Shown here: positions 61,286-64,000 of the stretch, in pieces
How positions within the stretch are numbered: the first letter of the stretch is position 1
Layout: every line of letters starts with the position of its first letter
Assembly: GCF_009914755.1 (NCBI RefSeq)
Contig: NC_060930.1
Source: the human T2T-CHM13v2.0 reference genome, Homo sapiens
Strand: one strand, 5' to 3'
Length of the DNA: 64,000 nt
Translations under genes and position numbers: made by a program
Notes under the pieces: generated by a model
Database searches by the model: none
What the model saw: the letters and a program-made list of their open reading frames with translations, nothing else
What the model was told of the DNA's origin: nothing

Positions 61286-62236
61286 CTGAAATGAAAATTG
61301 TTTCAATCTCATAAAAAGTATACTAAGTACCATAATACGACGGCTCTTTTCTTTACATTATTTGAATCCATATTATACATGACATGTATAAAAAGTCAGA
61401 AAATGCCTTGGTACTTTACACATTCAAGATTACAATAGCTAGACTGTATTAAAACGTCAATCTTCTATATTGATAAAATGTACGACTAAAGTGTAATGTA
61501 ACTTAAGAGGAAAAATCAACAAGAATTCTAAAAAACATATTTCTGCCTGTCTTCACCAGTAGTCTTCAGTTGTAGAATTTCATCCTTTGAGGGGACATTT
61601 AATTTTAAAACTGCTAACAGTTATTCTGAGCCATGTCTGGAGAATAGTATCCAACTAATGAAGTTGAGTATTCTATTTAAGATTTCTAACAAGGTACAAC
61701 TATAAGGTCAACAAAAATAGTTTCCTCACTGAAACTGCCTCAGCAGGTATTACCAAAATATTTCAAGAACAGTTTTACTGTAATATATATGTACCTGCCC
61801 AAGGCAAAATAAGTCTATACACTTCTATATGTGCAGGTAGGATTAGAAGGAACAGGGGCAATAAAAAATGTTTGTCTCTCTTAAATATTACTGGAAAGCT
61901 CTAGAATATTATCACACTCTTTAGAAGGAAATACTACTGCAAAAGGCTCAGATAGTTAGGAATTCATTTTAAGTAGAAGAAAAATTAGTGCCCAGCTCCC
62001 TACAGTAAGGGAACATCAGTTACCAAGGAAGTTTTCCCTAATACCCCAAATACTTTAGATATGCCCTTACCAAGAAGCCAGCAGAACTGATAATCATTTG
62101 TACCCTTATGATATACTAAGCTGATTTATAAAACACGACTTGGTGAACACCAAAGTTTAATGGGCTGAAATAACTAACATTCCTAAAAAACTGGTGAATA
62201 ATCAGATGAGGGAAAATGTCTCTGAGTTTTACCTAC

Positions 62237-62400
62237 CGCTTAAGGGCTCCGCTGCAGAGGTAGGATTCTCCAGAAAAATGTTTTCCTCCTCCTCTGTTGT
62301 CAACAGCACAAGAAAAGTAAGGAGGTTTGCACCATTCCGTCCCCAGCTCCAGCTCTAAGCTGTCAGTCAGGAACGTCGATGCAGCAGAACAGTTCTCCAT
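62237..62400 (-). CDS. MMS22L: MMS22L exon 2, coding part (aa 1-55)
   Basis: ACAATGG start at 62400. Translates MENCSAASTFLTDSLELELGTEWCKPPYFSCAVDNRGGGKHFSGESYLCSGALKR, which I recognise as the MMS22L N-terminus. Donor CG|GTAGGT; 164 nt. Confidence 0.97.
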
Positions 62401-62476
62401 TGTTTACTTCATGTTCTGAAACACTTGGGGTTCGTCGTATCATTAAGGGCTCCAAAGAGAAGGTGTGAAGAGATTC
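62401..62476 (-). other. MMS22L: MMS22L exon 2, 5' UTR part (76 nt)
   Basis: Acceptor CCCCAACAG|GAATC at 62477/62476, upstream of the start codon. Confidence 0.8.
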
Positions 62477-62479
62477 CTG

Positions 62480-63470
62480 TTGGGGGGGGGGGGTGGGGCC
62501 GAGAGAGTGGGGATTACTTCAGAAAGTTCTCAAGACGTCCGCCAGCAGGAAGGAAAAACAAACGAACAAACCCAGAGGCCAAATTCCCAATTCCCCCTCG
62601 CCCTCCGTCCATCAAGGCTGTCAGAACTTAAGACAAAATGCACAACCAACTGGCTGTGGCAGGGACCTCGAAATCCGGCCACTAAGTCGGGCTCTGCAGC
62701 CCAGGACAAGGTGAAAAGCAAAGAAATGTCTGCAGGACATAGCGTCCCGGGCTTGCCTAGAACTGCGCCCTCCGCAACGTTTCTAAACCACTCTCCGCCC
62801 GTTTCCCAGCAGCAGGGTGGAGAACGCTCCCTCCCCGGCTCGGGGTGGAAATTAGGAAAGCAACCCCTAGGGCCAACCCCGACCCTCCAAGGAGGAGGCG
62901 AGACCCACCAGGCCCACGCCTGGCAGCACTCGGGCGGAGAAGGCGGGGTGCCGGTATCCCGCGTACCCGGCTGCAGCAAGGACCCGGGGCGTCGGTTACC
63001 CGCGGTGCCTGTCGTACCCGCTCACATTTCCAGCTCCCGAAACCTGCCTCCTGTGACCCAGACCACCAACAGGAATCTTTGGGGTCTAAACCGCAAACAG
63101 GCGAAATTCCCGCCACCGCGCGCCCGCGCTCCGGAAAGGCGGGGCCACGGCGCAGCCCTCCCCCGGCTACCAATCGCCTCGCGATATCTGCGCGGAAACA
63201 GTCGGAGCCCCACGAATTCTCGCGAGAGTCCGTCAGTCCGGGACGAGGTACTGAGAAACTTTTTTTTTTGTACCTTTAATTGGTGCGTTCGGCTGAAAGG
63301 CGGGGCCTGGTAAAAAAAAAAAAACAGAACTGCTGCTGAGGCGGAGGAGAGGACTTAAGGACTATGGGTTTATCCTCTGGCCGGACCAAAGAGAAGATAT
63401 TTACTCCAGTGAGTGCGAAGTGAGTGCCTCGTTCACACCCACAGTCGCGCCGTCCCCTCTTCCCGCTCTG
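62480..63470. promoter_or_regulatory. CpG island / MMS22L promoter
   Basis: Abrupt rise in GC and CpG content. E2F pair GGCGAAATTCCCGCC 63100-63114, ETS-like CCGGAA 63131, GC boxes 63138 and 63299, CCAAT 63170 and ATTGG 63279, TCTCGCGAGA 63218-63227. Confidence 0.9.
62909..63100 (-). other. MMS22L: MMS22L non-coding exon 1 (boundaries uncertain)
   Basis: Lies inside the CpG island just downstream of the promoter motifs. Candidate donors are CTG|GTGGGT (exon end 62909), AAT|GTGAGC (63026) and CGG|GTAACC (63000). The TSS cannot be fixed from sequence alone. Confidence 0.55.
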
Positions 63471-63559
63471 GGGCCAGCAACTCTTGTTAGAATGCAGATG
63501 CCTTTTGTCCATGGACTGTGAGGCAGGCAAGTGCAACAATTAATTTTCTCTGTAACAGA

Positions 63560-64000
63560 TGGAACAAGTAGACAGAAAATTAGTATGGATATGGAAAACT
63601 TGGAAAGCACTAACCAACTTGACCTAATTGACGTTTATAGGTGACCAACCCAACAATAGCAGAATACACACTCCTGTCAAGTGCACATGAAACATTCACT
63701 AAGCGATACCATATTCCGAGCCATAAAACAAATGTCATCAACTTTAAAAAGATTTAAATCGTACAAAGTGTATAGTCTGATCATAATGGCATTAAACTAG
63801 AAATAAAGTAGATACTTGAAATACTCTAAATATTTGGAAATTAAGAATCATACTTCTAACTAACCTGTGAATCAGGAAAAATCACAGGAAAATTAGAAAA
63901 TACGTTGAATTAAATTAAAATGAAAACACTAAAATTTGTAACAGTACCTGCTTACATTAAAAAGAAGAACTCAATTCAATAAACTTTTGTCTTAAGTAAC
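63560..64000 (+). mobile_element. Old L1M ORF2 endonuclease-region fragment
   Basis: aaccaacttgacctaattgac...gcagaatacac...tcaagtgcacatgaaacattcac. Confidence 0.8.

Noticed and set aside
62465-63313. 282-aa plus-strand ORF and overlapping 138-149-aa ORFs in the promoter
   Set aside because: The 282-aa ORF starts at GTG, has low-complexity G/P/R/S composition and no recognisable domain. Long open frames are expected in stop-poor CpG islands.

Overview
Primate, most likely human, genomic DNA carrying the 5' half of MMS22L (C6orf167, TONSL partner in replication-fork repair) on the minus strand. I resolved 13 coding exons (exons 2-14), all GT-AG and phase-consistent, giving 2039 nt of CDS (about aa 1-680). 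A non-coding exon 1 sits in a CpG-island promoter near 63.0-63.3 kb, and positions 1-8304 are intron 14. Introns are dense with Alu, L1, L2, MIR, LTR and DNA-transposon relics. I found no new protein-coding gene and no wholly new system. The most interesting signals are regulatory or structural: (1) a 13-nt exon-1 sequence perfectly complementary to the exon-2 3' splice site, which itself has an all-C pyrimidine tract; (2) several uORFs next to the start codon; (3) a candidate poison exon; (4) a head-to-head AluY pair 33 bp apart; (5) a young inverted duplication of non-repeat DNA in intron 11. Repeat subfamily names and exon numbers come from memory of consensus sequences and annotation, not from a search.
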